From Planctomycetota bacterium (lineage in GTDB: Bacteria > Planctomycetota > SZUA-567 > H5-PLA8): 64,000 bases of DNA. The stretch spans positions 19,309 through 83,308 of the forward strand of contig JBBRPR010000038.1 in NCBI GenBank assembly GCA_038227875.1, read 5' to 3'. The notes under the pieces are model-generated. The model made no database searches. It had not been told where the DNA came from and worked only from the letters and a program-made list of their open reading frames with translations. Shown here piece after piece: positions 45,539 through 56,605 of the stretch (the first letter of the stretch is position 1; every line of letters begins with the position of its first letter). The position numbers were made by a program, and so were the translations under genes.

Positions 45539-48500
45539 TCATTCCTTCTTCGACTCTTCCTTCTTGGCGTCCGTCTTCGATGCGGCGGGGCTATCCTTCT
45601 TCTCGGCCTTCTCCTTGGCGATGCGCTCCAACTTCTTCCGGCCCAACTCCGCCAGATACGTGGCTTCGCGCTTCATGTCTTCATCGCCGGGGTTGCATTC
45701 CAATGCCACGGACGTGGCGGCAATGGCCTGCTCGATCGCATCAGCACGGTAGGCTTCGTAGATCACCGTAAAGTACGATGGACGTGACTTGATATGCTTG
45801 GTGAACATGCGGTACTGCGCTTTGAATTCCTCCGGCGTAACGAAACGCGCGCCGCGGCCGAAGGATTCGGCGACATCGGACGTCAACCGCGCCCAGTTGC
45901 GCTTCTCGGTTTCGGCCACCACCTTCTCCAGACCGGCCCAGTCCTTGGCGAGAAACGCGCGGAACACCTGCGCGCTCATCAACTGGAATTCAGCGCTGGC
46001 CAGCGAGCCGAACTGCTTGGTCTGCTCGGCGGCCTTGGTCATCGCATCGGTCAGCTTGATCGCATCGTCGCGGCGCCACTTCTCCGGCGGGTCGTCCATG
46101 TCCAGCGCCTGGCCAATGGCAATCGAGTACGACGGCAGCGCCATGCGGATCCAGTTCCAGTCTTCGGCCTCCGGATCCTTGCGGTTGGTGTGATCGCGGG
46201 GCTTGGCCGGCGACGGGAACGGTCCGCCCTTCAGCAGCTCGGCCGTCAGCTTCTCCTCGCCCTGCTTGCCGGCGTAGTAGGTGCTCAGGAAGGCGTACTT
46301 GCGCTGGATGTCGCCGAAGTCGTCGCTGCGTTCGAAGAGCCGGTTGGCATAGAACCAATCGAGAATCTTCTCGAGGTTGCCCATCTCGTCGGTCTCGGTC
46401 TTGGTCGGCTTCTTGCCGTCGCGGATCTGGTCCTTCATCTTCTGGTAGACACCGGTGAGGCCGCCGACATGTTCGCTCTTCAATTCGCCCTTGCGCGCCA
46501 GGAAGATGATTTCCCGGCTGACCAGGTCCCACGCTTCCCACGGGCGGTCGATGGAGACCAGCAGACCCATGAATTCGTGGCGCGTGCTGGAGAACGAGAA
46601 CGTCTGCGGCGACGAGTAGAGATCCTTGAGCTCATCGACAGTCTTCTTGATCGCGTCGTACGACTTCTGGTTGTTGTGCTCGGTGCGCCACATCAGGCCG
46701 ATGCGGAATTCTTCGCTCATGCGCGAAAGTTTCTCTTCCGGCGAGAACTGCTTCAACGCTTCGTTGGTCCACTTGACGGAACTCTCTACTTCGCGGATCT
46801 GGCCGTAGAGGCCGGCGAGTTCGATGCAGTTTTCCGGCACGCGGTCGCCCTTCTCGATCATCGTGGTCATCGTCTCGATGCCGAGCTTGTAGAAGTGGAA
46901 ATGCCAGTAGCTCTGCACGCGCTCCATCGCTTCGCCGTAGTCCTTGTCAACGAACATGCGCGACGACAGGTAGTAGGGCGTGCGCGTGGGTTCGTTGTTG
47001 AAGCGGAAGAGGAAGCCGAGGCTCTTGGGATCGAAGCGCATGGTGTTGTCGTCGTCGTAGGCGCGCTCGGCCATCTCGATGACTTTGTCCATATCCGGAT
47101 TGCGGAAGATGCGCGGCGGGCCGGTGTCATCGATGTGGAAGATGTATTCGGTTTCGCCGGGGTGCTTCTCGACCCAGCCGCACGCAGCGTGCTGCGGCAG
47201 AGCCATGACGAAGCTGAGCTTCCCCTGGCGGCGCGTGACGTTCATGAAGAATTCCGCGAGGTCGTCGCAGTCGCCGACATAGCGACCGCCCATCATGCGC
47301 GAGAGCGACTGGTACGTGGTCTGATGGATGTCGCCGCAGTGGGGGCGCGAGCCGAGCAGTTCCGGCTGGGAGGTCACGGGGCTGTCGAGAATGTATTCGA
47401 AGAAGTAGCGGAAGTAGAGATGCAGGTAATTGGCCGTCGGCAGCACCTTGGCCATCTGGTTGAGGAATGCTTCCATTTCCTTGGTGCGCTGGGGTTCGGG
47501 GATGCTGCGGAAGTCCTTGATGTCCAGCTTGCCGAAAGGCGTCACGATGCTCTTGGTGTTGCGGTAGTAATCGACCAGCAGCACGTGCGGCGGCAGGGCC
47601 CAGCTGGGCGTACCCATGCCTTTGTTCAGACGGTAATCGGGCGGCGTCGGCGGCAGTTCCAGCGCGGCGGCGAGATTCCACGGCTCCATGTTCGCTTCCA
47701 TCTTACCGCTGGCCGGATCGTACGACGCTGTCACGCCCACAGCCTGATGGGTCATGCGCACGCGCTTGGGCGTCGCGGAATCGGAGAAGGTTTCCACCTT
47801 GCCCGGGAAGTCATAGAGGATGAACAGGCAGTTCTTTTCGTCGTCGGGATTGTCGATCGCGAACGTGGTGGTGTCGGACTCCTTGTCGTACGTGCGCCAG
47901 ATCGGGTGGTCTTCCAGCGTTCTGAATTCGGTCGCTTCGTCACCGGTCTTGGACGTGCCGCTGAAATTGAAGACCGGCTTGTTGAGCTTCGTGTACGCCT
48001 CGCGCCACTCGGCCAGTTCCTTCTTCAGGCGTTCGGCCGAGCCGGGCATGTTCTTTTCGATGTAACCATCGGCGATGACCTTGCGCACGTATTCGCCGGG
48101 GAGATGGTCATACCAATCGGCTTCCTTGATCGTGGCATGAATGTCTTCGAGCATGATCTGGCGCACTTCTTCGGGGGTCGCCGTGTCCTTCTTGACGGCC
48201 GCCGCGAGCGCTTCAGTCTTCTTCTCAAAGTCCGTGCGGTCCGCGACCCGGGCATCATCTTTTGGTTCGGGCGCGCCGACATAGACCCGGTCGCCGAGGA
48301 AGACGTACTCCTTGCCGTCTTCACCCATGCGGCGGGCGGAAACCAGCGGCGCTTCCGCGTGCGCGTCCCAGACGACGTCGGGGCCGACTTCCGCCTTCTT
48401 CATCGCTTCGCCGAGATTCTTGGCGTGCTGCAGCACGCGCAGCGGATGGCGCTGCAGGTCGTTCATCTCGATGCGCAGGCGGTTGCCGGCGGAATCAATG

Positions 48501-49798
48501 AACAGCTGCTTGTCCTTGCCTTCGTGCAGGTAGCCCAGGCGCAGCGACTTGCCGTCGACTTTCAGGCCGACCGTCTCGCCTTCCAGCTTTTCAGGCTCCA
48601 GGCTGCGATCGAAATTCTTGAGGTTGTGGACGAGATTGGTGAGTTCCTTGGCGTCGTCGGGATTGATCTTCTTGGTGCGCTTCTCTTCCTCGTTCAGCGA
48701 GATCTTGAGCTCGTTGATCTTGGCGTAGAGCGGCTTGAGGTCTGCGTTGGTTTCGTCGATCGCTTCCAGCTGCTTGGTGAGATCGCGCTTGGCGTTGGCG
48801 TAATTTCCGGACTTGGAGGACAGGCGGATGTCCCGCGCGGCCTTCAGTTGCTCGGCGCGCTTGCGCAGCACGCGCGTGCGGCTCTCGATTGCTTCGTCCT
48901 GCACGGGCGGCTTGGAGGCCATGTCGCGGACGAGCGTCTCCGCCTTTTCCGCGGCGTCTTCGATCTTGCCGTCGGCGTAGAGCTTGTTGGCGTTGGCCAG
49001 GTCGGCCTGGAGCTTGGTGACTTTCTGCTTCTGCTCGAGTTTCTCCAGATCGGCCAGGAGCGTTTCGACCTTGAGCACCGCCGGGCGGTTCTCGTCGGTG
49101 ACGGCGCCCAGCAGCGTCTTCTTGTTCATCAGCTTGTCGCGCGTGCCGGAAAGGTCCTTCTCGGCATCGGCGAAGATCTTGTCGAGCTGCGTGACCTGCT
49201 CCTTGAGGTCGGTGATCTTGCCCAGCTGCGCGTCCCACTTCTTCTTCTGGTCGGGGTCGAGTTCCTGCGGGCTGGTCTTGATCCGTTCCTGCGCGTCCTT
49301 GACGTTCTTGATCGCCAGGTCCATGTCGTTGACCGAGACAGCATTCTTGGCGTTGGTGACCAGCACCGTGACTTCCTGCTCGATCTTGGTGCGCTGCATG
49401 CCGTTGCTGATCGAGAGGCCGGCGAAGGCCAGCACGCCGAGCACGACCACAGCCGAAACGCCCATCAGCGCCGAGCGCGAGGAGACGGCCGGGCGGGCGG
49501 CATCGGATTGCGAAGCTCGGCGCGGCGGGTACTGGCGTTGAGGGGGCTTGGGTGCATCGGCGGCGGGCGCCGACGCTGCTTTGAATTCCGGGCTGGCGTT
49601 GGGATCGATGGCTTCCGCGGAGGCCATCGCCGCGATGCCTTCCGGCTGGGAGGCCATCGATGGCTGCGGCACCATGGCAACGGCGTGACAACTTTCGCAG
49701 GTGATGCTGGATCCGCCCTTGTCGGCCGGCGCGCTCAGCGCGGCGCCGCAGTTACTGCAGGCGAATTGGATTGGAGCATTGACGGACGCGTCTGCCAT
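45539..49798 (-). CDS. Membrane-anchored protein: N-terminal zinc ribbon, TM helix, coiled coil, transglutaminase-like domain, TPR-like helices
   Basis: GGGAG RBS; CSNC...CESC; one TM helix; GDCDDLAEFF...PQHAAC...IDDTG. Confidence 0.85.
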   Translation of the reverse strand: MADASVNAPIQFACSNCGAALSAPADKGGSSITCESCHAVAMVPQPSMASQPEGIAAMASAEAIDPNASPEFKAASAPAADAPKPPQRQYPPRRASQSDAARPAVSSRSALMGVSAVVVLGVLAFAGLSISNGMQRTKIEQEVTVLVTNAKNAVSVNDMDLAIKNVKDAQERIKTSPQELDPDQKKKWDAQLGKITDLKEQVTQLDKIFADAEKDLSGTRDKLMNKKTLLGAVTDENRPAVLKVETLLADLEKLEQKQKVTKLQADLANANKLYADGKIEDAAEKAETLVRDMASKPPVQDEAIESRTRVLRKRAEQLKAARDIRLSSKSGNYANAKRDLTKQLEAIDETNADLKPLYAKINELKISLNEEEKRTKKINPDDAKELTNLVHNLKNFDRSLEPEKLEGETVGLKVDGKSLRLGYLHEGKDKQLFIDSAGNRLRIEMNDLQRHPLRVLQHAKNLGEAMKKAEVGPDVVWDAHAEAPLVSARRMGEDGKEYVFLGDRVYVGAPEPKDDARVADRTDFEKKTEALAAAVKKDTATPEEVRQIMLEDIHATIKEADWYDHLPGEYVRKVIADGYIEKNMPGSAERLKKELAEWREAYTKLNKPVFNFSGTSKTGDEATEFRTLEDHPIWRTYDKESDTTTFAIDNPDDEKNCLFILYDFPGKVETFSDSATPKRVRMTHQAVGVTASYDPASGKMEANMEPWNLAAALELPPTPPDYRLNKGMGTPSWALPPHVLLVDYYRNTKSIVTPFGKLDIKDFRSIPEPQRTKEMEAFLNQMAKVLPTANYLHLYFRYFFEYILDSPVTSQPELLGSRPHCGDIHQTTYQSLSRMMGGRYVGDCDDLAEFFMNVTRRQGKLSFVMALPQHAACGWVEKHPGETEYIFHIDDTGPPRIFRNPDMDKVIEMAERAYDDDNTMRFDPKSLGFLFRFNNEPTRTPYYLSSRMFVDKDYGEAMERVQSYWHFHFYKLGIETMTTMIEKGDRVPENCIELAGLYGQIREVESSVKWTNEALKQFSPEEKLSRMSEEFRIGLMWRTEHNNQKSYDAIKKTVDELKDLYSSPQTFSFSSTRHEFMGLLVSIDRPWEAWDLVSREIIFLARKGELKSEHVGGLTGVYQKMKDQIRDGKKPTKTETDEMGNLEKILDWFYANRLFERSDDFGDIQRKYAFLSTYYAGKQGEEKLTAELLKGGPFPSPAKPRDHTNRKDPEAEDWNWIRMALPSYSIAIGQALDMDDPPEKWRRDDAIKLTDAMTKAAEQTKQFGSLASAEFQLMSAQVFRAFLAKDWAGLEKVVAETEKRNWARLTSDVAESFGRGARFVTPEEFKAQYRMFTKHIKSRPSYFTVIYEAYRADAIEQAIAATSVALECNPGDEDMKREATYLAELGRKKLERIAKEKAEKKDSPAASKTDAKKEESKKE

Positions 49799-50178
49799 GC
49801 GAATTCTCCCTGGGACCCTTCGCGCGATGGGGACTGGAGACAGTCAATACCGCGCAGGTGGGGGTGAGCTTAAAACCAGATTTTAGATCACGGCGCACCG
49901 CTAGTAGTTAGACGTTCTAAACCGCTCAGACCGGCAAGTGAAGCACTAAAATCTGCAAGATTCCTGTGGCGCCGGAGAGCTGCAGAGGCCAGACCTCACC
50001 AGTCGGCATTGTGTGTAACGTTAGGTATTGACTGTGACGGTAAATTCAAAATTTAAATCCGAACACAAACGCGACTTTTGCTATCACCGCAACCAATAGC
50101 AAAATTGATTACTTATGATTTGGTCTGATGCAGACGTGAGATAAGGTATGCCGGTCATCCCCCTTCAGGAGGAACGAA

Positions 50179-52847
50179 ATGATGCTCCGAATTTATCGTG
50201 CCACGTTAACACTAGTGCTGGTGCTTGGCGGACTAAGGGCCGCGACGGCCGCGGAAGCGGGCGGCGCTCCGGCACCGATGCCTTGGCAACTGGATGAAGT
50301 CCGCCGGGAACTGGCCCTCAACCCAGGCGACCCGTACCTCCAATACGTGGCACTGCAGCTGGCGCGGCGCGAGAAGTCCAACGATGTCCTGGAAGAGATC
50401 GACCGCACCGTGACCGGGCGCTGGGGTGCGCGCACCTCCAGAGGCCGGCGCGACCAGGTCGACGTCTTCAGCATTTTCAGCGGCGCGCTGGCCGTGCAGG
50501 AGAGTTTGTAGCTCGACACCATGCGCGGCGAGTCCTTGTCCCAGAACGGCAAGCGCGTCGAACTCTCCTCGTTGCATGGCCCGGAGGTGAAGAGCCATCC
50601 GTGGGACTCGATGCTGGGCAACAGCAAGCCGGAGATGTCGGCGCTCTCTCATCAGGTCCCCGCCGACTACTACTTCGTGGAATTTCACTCGCTCAACAAG
50701 CTGCTGGAGACGATGGAGGTCAAGGACCTCTGGGGCAACCACCTCTTCAGCCAGGCGGCCAACGACGCCAAGTCGCCGGAGATCAGCGCGCGGTTGAAGC
50801 AGCAACTGGCGATCGAAACCAATCCGCTCCTGCGCCCGTTCTACGACATGATCGTGGAAGGCGTCGCCGCGACGGGCAGCGATCTGTACGTGAACGAAGG
50901 CAGCGATGTCACGCTGCTCTTCCAGATCAAGCAGCCCGAGGTCTTCAAAGCGCGCCTGGATGGTTTTCTCGACAGCGCCGAAAAAGCGCATCCCGACGCC
51001 AAGCGCGAAGCGGGCACGTTCCTCGATGTGCCGTACGTGTCGCTGACCACGCCGGGTCGGGATCTGAACGTGTTCTCCGCGTACCCGACGCCAAACCTGC
51101 ATGTTCGCAGCAACTCGCTGACGGCCTTCAAGCACGTGATCGAAGCGATCAAGGGCAAGGCGACTTCGGGCACGCTGGCGGAGACGAAGGAATTTCAATT
51201 CATCCGCACACTGATGCCCATCGGCGCAAAAGAGGAAGACGGGCTCATCTACCTGTCCGACCCGTTCATCCGCCGCATGGTCGGCCCGGAAGTGAAGCTG
51301 ACCGAACTGGAACGCCTGAACTGCTACAACCACATGCGCATGCTCAGCCACGCCGCGCTGATGTACCGCACCGAGAAAGGCCAGGCGCCCGAATCGATCG
51401 CCAAGCTCGTGGAAGCCCGCTGCCTTCCCGACGAATTTATCAAGGAGGCATGGTCTGTCCGGCCGGCGGACTTTATTCGCTGACGCCGCAATGCATGGGC
51501 ACGTGCAGCCTGCACGGCCGCTCGCATTTTCTGACGCCGATATGCGAAGTGCCGGTCAAGACGGTCTCTCAATCGGAAGCGAACAGCTACACGGAATTCG
51601 TCAATGAATACAATCAGTACTGGCGCACTTACTTCGATCCCATCGCCATCCGCGTGCAGGTGCTGCCGCAGAAACTGCGCGTGGAAACCATCGTGCTGCC
51701 GCTGATCGACAATTCGATCTACACCAATCTCGCGAAAGTGTTCGGCGGTGCGACCGAACCGCTGGATGCGCTGCCTGTGCCGTCGCGGAATATTCTCAGC
51801 GCCGCATTCAAATGGAATAAGGGCGAACTGCTGAAAACGCTCTCGAAGAACGGTGTCCCGCTGGAGTTTTTCCTGATCAGCGCAAGCACCGACAAAAGTA
51901 CACTGAACTCCAGGGAGTTTTTCGCCAGTGGTCTGGGCAACCAGATTGCGTTCCACGTGTACGACGCGACGCCGACGTTTGATCTCAACGTGCCGGTGGT
52001 ACTCGCACAGTCCATGCGCAGCATAGGAGGCAGCACTTCGGTGCGCAGCGAAGGTCTTTTCGCGGCGTTTCTGATTGGGTCGCTAAACACGCCCGTGTAC
52101 ATCTCCGCGCCGGTTCAAAACACGAAGGTGGTCGACGACTTTCTCGACGCGCTGGACGAAGTCCTCGTGACGCAAGCGCACAAGGTCGATTCCGGCGGCT
52201 GGTTCCGCGTGACGGAAGACGCCTACACCTCCGACGTGACGGCGAAGGCCAGCTTCAAGATCCATTCGCACACGTTCGGCGTCGAAGGCGTCAAATGGCG
52301 CGTCTGCTGGGCGCGGATCGGGAGCGGCCTGTACGTCGCCAGCAAGCCCTTCATCCTCGACGATATCGCCGCGCTCGAAGCCAATCCCGCTCCTGCTCCC
52401 GCCGAAGCCGGCCCGACCGGCCACGCGATGGTCCGGGTGCGCGCGCAGAACTGGCATGACACGCTGCCCGACTTCCGCCTCGGCTGGGCCGAGAACAACC
52501 GCCACGCGTGTTTGAACAACCTCTCGCCACTCAGCGATCTCTCGCGCGCGTTTGCCGCGTCCGGCGATCTTCCTGCCGCTCGCGACGCCTTCGTCGCCGA
52601 TCAGGCACGCACCCTATACGGCGCGCGACTGTTCTGTCCGGAAGGCGGCGCGTACGTGGTTTCCGCGGATGGCAAAACCGTGACGTGCAGCAAACACGGC
52701 AGCATGCTCACGCCACGCCAACCCCTGGCCCCGGACGAGACATCGCCGGCCGGAAAGGCCATCAGCACCTTCGGCGGAATGACCGCGACGCTGACGTTCA
52801 TGGAAGACGGCTTGCACGCGGTCGTCACCGTGGAACGGAAACCGTGA
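50179..52847 (+). pseudogene. Large secreted hypothetical protein interrupted by TAG (50509-50511) and a 1-bp frameshift (~51443)
   Basis: AGGAGG RBS and signal peptide; QESL*LDTM continues in frame into ORF 50521; coding then shifts to the frame of ORF ..52847 at GGMVCPAGG; two CPxGGxY...CSxHG motifs. Confidence 0.8.
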
Positions 52848-52849
52848 CT

Positions 52850-53013
52850 CTGGTGCCACGGATGCCTAAGTTTCTGAGCGTAGCGAAGAAACTTATTCAT
52901 CCGTGCGTTCGATGTCCCATCTGTATTCGATGTCCCATCTGTAAAGGTAGCGCAACGCACGGATGAACGGACACTTTCGCTGCGCTCAAGTGTCCGCGCA
53001 TCCGTGGCACCAG
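52850..53013. repeat. Multi-arm palindromic intergenic element
   Basis: Outer 16-bp IR CTGGTGCCACGGATGC; inner 14-bp IR TTCATCCGTGCGTT; two side hairpins with GAGCG(T/C)AGCGA loops; an 18-bp tandem duplication. Confidence 0.85.
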
Positions 53014-53096
53014 GGTTCTTGAATTCCCCCCGCGTCTTCTTGCCGCGCTCAGTTACCTCGCTACCATCCACGACTCACCCCAGGAGATCGCCCGCC

Positions 53097-54746
53097 GTGA
53101 TCCAACGCTCGTACCTCGATCCGCGTGTCCGCCGTTACGTTTCTCCGGCTCGCATTGTGTGGCAATCGTCCGATGCGCCGGGCGTCGAAGGCTCGGACGT
53201 GCTCCTTAAAGGGGGCGAGGAACAGGCGACGCTCGCTGCGCATCCCAGCTGCACGCTGCGGAATGCCGGAACGGCGCCGGGGATTCTGCTCGATTTTGGG
53301 CGCGAACTGCACGGCGGTGTCCAGTTGGTCGTGAACTCGACGAAGGACAACAAGCCCGTCCGCGTGCGCGTGCGGTTCGGCGAATCGGTGACCGAATGCA
53401 TGCGCGAACCGATGAACGACCACGCCATCCACGATCACACGATCTCCGTGGCGTGGCTGGGCAGCACAGAAGTCGGCAACACCGGCTTCCGCTTCGTGCG
53501 CATCGACCTGCTCGACGACGGCGCGACGCTGGAACTGCGCAAAGTCCGCGCGGTCTTTCTCTACCACGACCTGCCGTACAAGGGCACGTTCCGCTGCAAC
53601 GACGCGCGCTTGAACGAAATCTGGAAGACCGGCGCCTACACGGTGCAGCTCTGCCTGCAGGATTACCTCTGGGACGGCATCAAGCGCGACCGCCTGATCT
53701 GGGTTGGCGACATGCATCCGGAGACCTCCGTCGTCGCCGCGGTCTTTGGCGACGTCGATGTCGTGCGCCGCAGTCTCGACCTGATTCGCGATGAAACGCC
53801 GCTGCCGAAATGGATGCAGGGGATCAGTTCGTACTCGATCTGGTGGCTGCTGATCCACCAGCAGTGGTACCTGCACTTCGGCGATGCGGCGTGGCTGGCG
53901 CAGCAGCGCTCGTATCTCTGCGGACTAACCGAGCAGCTTCTGGCGTGTATCGGGCCAGACGGTTCGGAGACGCTGGCGCCGTGGCGCTTCCTCGATTGGC
54001 CGACCTCGGAGAAACCCGACTCGATTCACGCCGGGCTACACGCGCTGCTGACGCTGGCGCTGCAGGCGTCGGCGGAGCTCTGCGGACCGCTGAACGAGAC
54101 GGTGCTACGCGACAAATGCCTCGCCGGATTGGCGAAGCTGAACACGCACGTGCCCTCTCCGGGCAACAGCAAACAGGCCGCGGCACTGCTGGCGCTGGCG
54201 GGGATCAGCGACGCGCGCGAAGCCAACGCAACGGTGCTCGCCAAGGATCCGCTGAGCGGACTCTCCACCTTTTACGGCTACTACGTGCTGCAGGCGCGCG
54301 CGAAGGCCGGCGATTACCAGGGCTGCCTCGATGTCATCCGCAACTACTGGGGCGCGATGCTCGACTTTGGCGCGACCACCTTCTGGGAGGACTTCGACCT
54401 GGCGTGGACGCCCGGCGCCGTCGGCATCGATCAGCTCGTGCCGGAAGGCAAGAAGTGCATCCACGCGGATTTTGGCAACTACTGTTACAAGGGGCTGCGG
54501 CACAGCCTCTGTCACGGCTGGGCCGCGGGTCCGACGGCGTGGCTGACCGAGCATGTGCTCGGCATCCGTCCGCTGACGCCGGGCTGCAGAACCGTGCGCA
54601 TCGCGCCAAATCTGGCCGATCTGGAATGGGCCGAAGGCAGCCTCCCGACCCCGCGCGGCGAGATCCGCGTGCTCCACACGCGCAGCAAATCCGGCGCGGT
54701 CCAATCGACCGTCGAACTGCCCGAAGGCGTGACGGTAGCGCCGTAG
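53097..54746 (+). CDS. Alpha-L-rhamnosidase (GH78)
   Basis: AGGAG RBS + GTG; LDFGRE, DGIKRDRLIWVGD, GATTFWE, SLCHGW and PTPRGEI motifs. Confidence 0.92.
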   Translation: MIQRSYLDPRVRRYVSPARIVWQSSDAPGVEGSDVLLKGGEEQATLAAHPSCTLRNAGTAPGILLDFGRELHGGVQLVVNSTKDNKPVRVRVRFGESVTECMREPMNDHAIHDHTISVAWLGSTEVGNTGFRFVRIDLLDDGATLELRKVRAVFLYHDLPYKGTFRCNDARLNEIWKTGAYTVQLCLQDYLWDGIKRDRLIWVGDMHPETSVVAAVFGDVDVVRRSLDLIRDETPLPKWMQGISSYSIWWLLIHQQWYLHFGDAAWLAQQRSYLCGLTEQLLACIGPDGSETLAPWRFLDWPTSEKPDSIHAGLHALLTLALQASAELCGPLNETVLRDKCLAGLAKLNTHVPSPGNSKQAAALLALAGISDAREANATVLAKDPLSGLSTFYGYYVLQARAKAGDYQGCLDVIRNYWGAMLDFGATTFWEDFDLAWTPGAVGIDQLVPEGKKCIHADFGNYCYKGLRHSLCHGWAAGPTAWLTEHVLGIRPLTPGCRTVRIAPNLADLEWAEGSLPTPRGEIRVLHTRSKSGAVQSTVELPEGVTVAP

Positions 54747-54885
54747 CTTTAACGTACAGAACTCTCAACCCTGCAAGGTCTTCCGTTCTGTGATCCAACA
54801 GCGACGGGATTTGTCGCGCCCCTAGTTAAATCCATATAGATCCATAAGTATCATCAAAATAAAGTCTTATAACATGCACCATGAG

Positions 54886-54901
54886 TGGTCCGGCACTTGC
54901 A
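54886..54901 (+). promoter_or_regulatory. Putative sigma-54 promoter
   Basis: TGGTCCGGCACTTGCA = GG-N10-GC about 60 bp before the ATG, preceded by an AT-rich tract. Confidence 0.6.
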
Positions 54902-54963
54902 ATATATTCACCCGCGTACCGTGTCTCACCTCTACTTGCCCTTAAAGCTTTGGGAGAATCTGT

Positions 54964-56553
54964 ATGTTTAAGCCAGCCCACCTGACCTCGAAACACCTCG
55001 TCTCCGCTCCACGCGGATTGATCGCGGCTGCGATGACCGTCGCGCTCTCGGTCTTCAGCGTCAACGTCTCGCTCCGCGCGGCGGACGCGGGCAACCGGGT
55101 CATCAACGGCACCAATGTGCCGACCTCACAGTATCCGACCGTGGGCGAAGTCGGTGACTCGACCGACGCCACTTTCTTTGGCTGCACGGGCACGCTGATC
55201 TCGCCGACGCATGTGCTGACGGCCGGACATTGCCTGACCAACACGAAAGGCGCGCTGACGGTCGGCCAGACCGGCGGCCGCTTCCGCTTGAACGGCGTGA
55301 TCTACAACAGCGTTCACATCTTCGTGCATCCGTCCTGGAAAGGCGGCAACAACGGCGACGCGGAAGGCGAATTCGATGCGATCGTGATGGAGCTCGACAA
55401 GCCGGTGCCGAACGTGACGCCCTCGCCGCTCTACCGCCAGGTTCCCACGGTCGGACAACTGCTGACGATCGTCGGCTACGGCGAACAAGGCACAGGAACG
55501 AAAGGCAGCGACGGCACGATTCCGGCCTCGGGCACCGTCAATTTCGGCACAACGACGCTGGACATCGTGACGCCCACCTACCTGAAGTGGAGTTTCGAAA
55601 ACAAGCAGCCGGTGGAGAGCAACACCGCGCCGGGAGATTCCGGCGGCCCGCAGTTCATCACCGTCAACGGCGTGCTGACGGTCGCCAGCATCACCAACGG
55701 TGGCAGTCTTGATTCGGCCGGTTACGGTGACGTCAGCTACAACACACGCGTCGATGCGATTGCCGCGTGGATCGACCAGGTCAGCAACGGCGCGACCAGC
55801 GGCAACGCGGGCTCGGGTGGATCCGGTGGAACGGGCGGCGTCTCGATCGCCTCCGCGGCCAGCGCATCACCGTCCAATCCGGCCGCGAAGGTTTCCGTGG
55901 CGTTCAGCGTCTCGGGCGCCGATGCCAACGGCGACGCGCTGACCTACGCCTGGGACTTCGGCGACGGCGCGCAGGGCACCGGTGCGAACGTCAATCATGC
56001 CTACGCTGCCGATGGGGATTACACCGCAACGGTAACGGTCACCGATGGCAAGGGCGGTTCGGCATCGAGCTCGGTTAACGTCACCGTGGGCAACGGCGGC
56101 GGAAATGGCGGCAATGGCGCGGACATCCCGGTCAGCGCTCAGAAGTGCAAATTCAAGCTCAACTTCCGCGTGAGCGGCCGCGACACGCTGGACCTGACTT
56201 TCAGCAATGCCGCGTTCCGCTACTCCGATCGCCAGACGTTCTCGTCCTCCGTCGACGGCCTCGCCGCTTCCGTCTCCATCGGCGACACGTCGCTGGACGA
56301 CCTGACCTTCTCGCGCTCCGGCATGGGCACCGGCAACGGCCGCCTGCGCTGGGATTCCCGCAATGGCCTCATCCGCTACCAGCTCCGCAACGCCGACCTC
56401 GCCGATCTGCTGGATGGCTATGGCGCCAGTAACGACGACATCGACGCCTCGGTCACGGTCCCTCTGGCGCTGGTGATCGACGGCCAGACGTACACGTCGA
56501 GCTACACGTTCTCCTACCGCGGCAAGGCGGACATCTCGGGACAGGGGAAGTAG
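54964..56553 (+). CDS. Secreted trypsin-like (S1) serine protease + PKD + shared C-terminal domain
   Basis: RVING activation site, LTAGHC, D, GDSGGP; YAWDFGDG PKD motif. Confidence 0.93.
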   Translation: MFKPAHLTSKHLVSAPRGLIAAAMTVALSVFSVNVSLRAADAGNRVINGTNVPTSQYPTVGEVGDSTDATFFGCTGTLISPTHVLTAGHCLTNTKGALTVGQTGGRFRLNGVIYNSVHIFVHPSWKGGNNGDAEGEFDAIVMELDKPVPNVTPSPLYRQVPTVGQLLTIVGYGEQGTGTKGSDGTIPASGTVNFGTTTLDIVTPTYLKWSFENKQPVESNTAPGDSGGPQFITVNGVLTVASITNGGSLDSAGYGDVSYNTRVDAIAAWIDQVSNGATSGNAGSGGSGGTGGVSIASAASASPSNPAAKVSVAFSVSGADANGDALTYAWDFGDGAQGTGANVNHAYAADGDYTATVTVTDGKGGSASSSVNVTVGNGGGNGGNGADIPVSAQKCKFKLNFRVSGRDTLDLTFSNAAFRYSDRQTFSSSVDGLAASVSIGDTSLDDLTFSRSGMGTGNGRLRWDSRNGLIRYQLRNADLADLLDGYGASNDDIDASVTVPLALVIDGQTYTSSYTFSYRGKADISGQGK

Positions 56554-56572
56554 GAAAGGCGGTTTCTGGTTT

Positions 56573-56605
56573 TGGTGGCGCCTCGGTTAGGCGCCACCAT
56601 TTTTT
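56573..56605 (+). terminator. Rho-independent terminator
   Basis: TGGTGGCGCCT-CGGTT-AGGCGCCACCA-TTTTTT. Confidence 0.85.

Noticed and set aside
45794..49867. 1357-aa + strand ORF
   Set aside because: Antisense shadow of the 1419-aa minus-strand gene, which has an RBS and coherent domains.
50509..50511. TAG as pyrrolysine or alternative genetic code
   Set aside because: Other genes here end normally in TAG, and the same gene has an independent frameshift.
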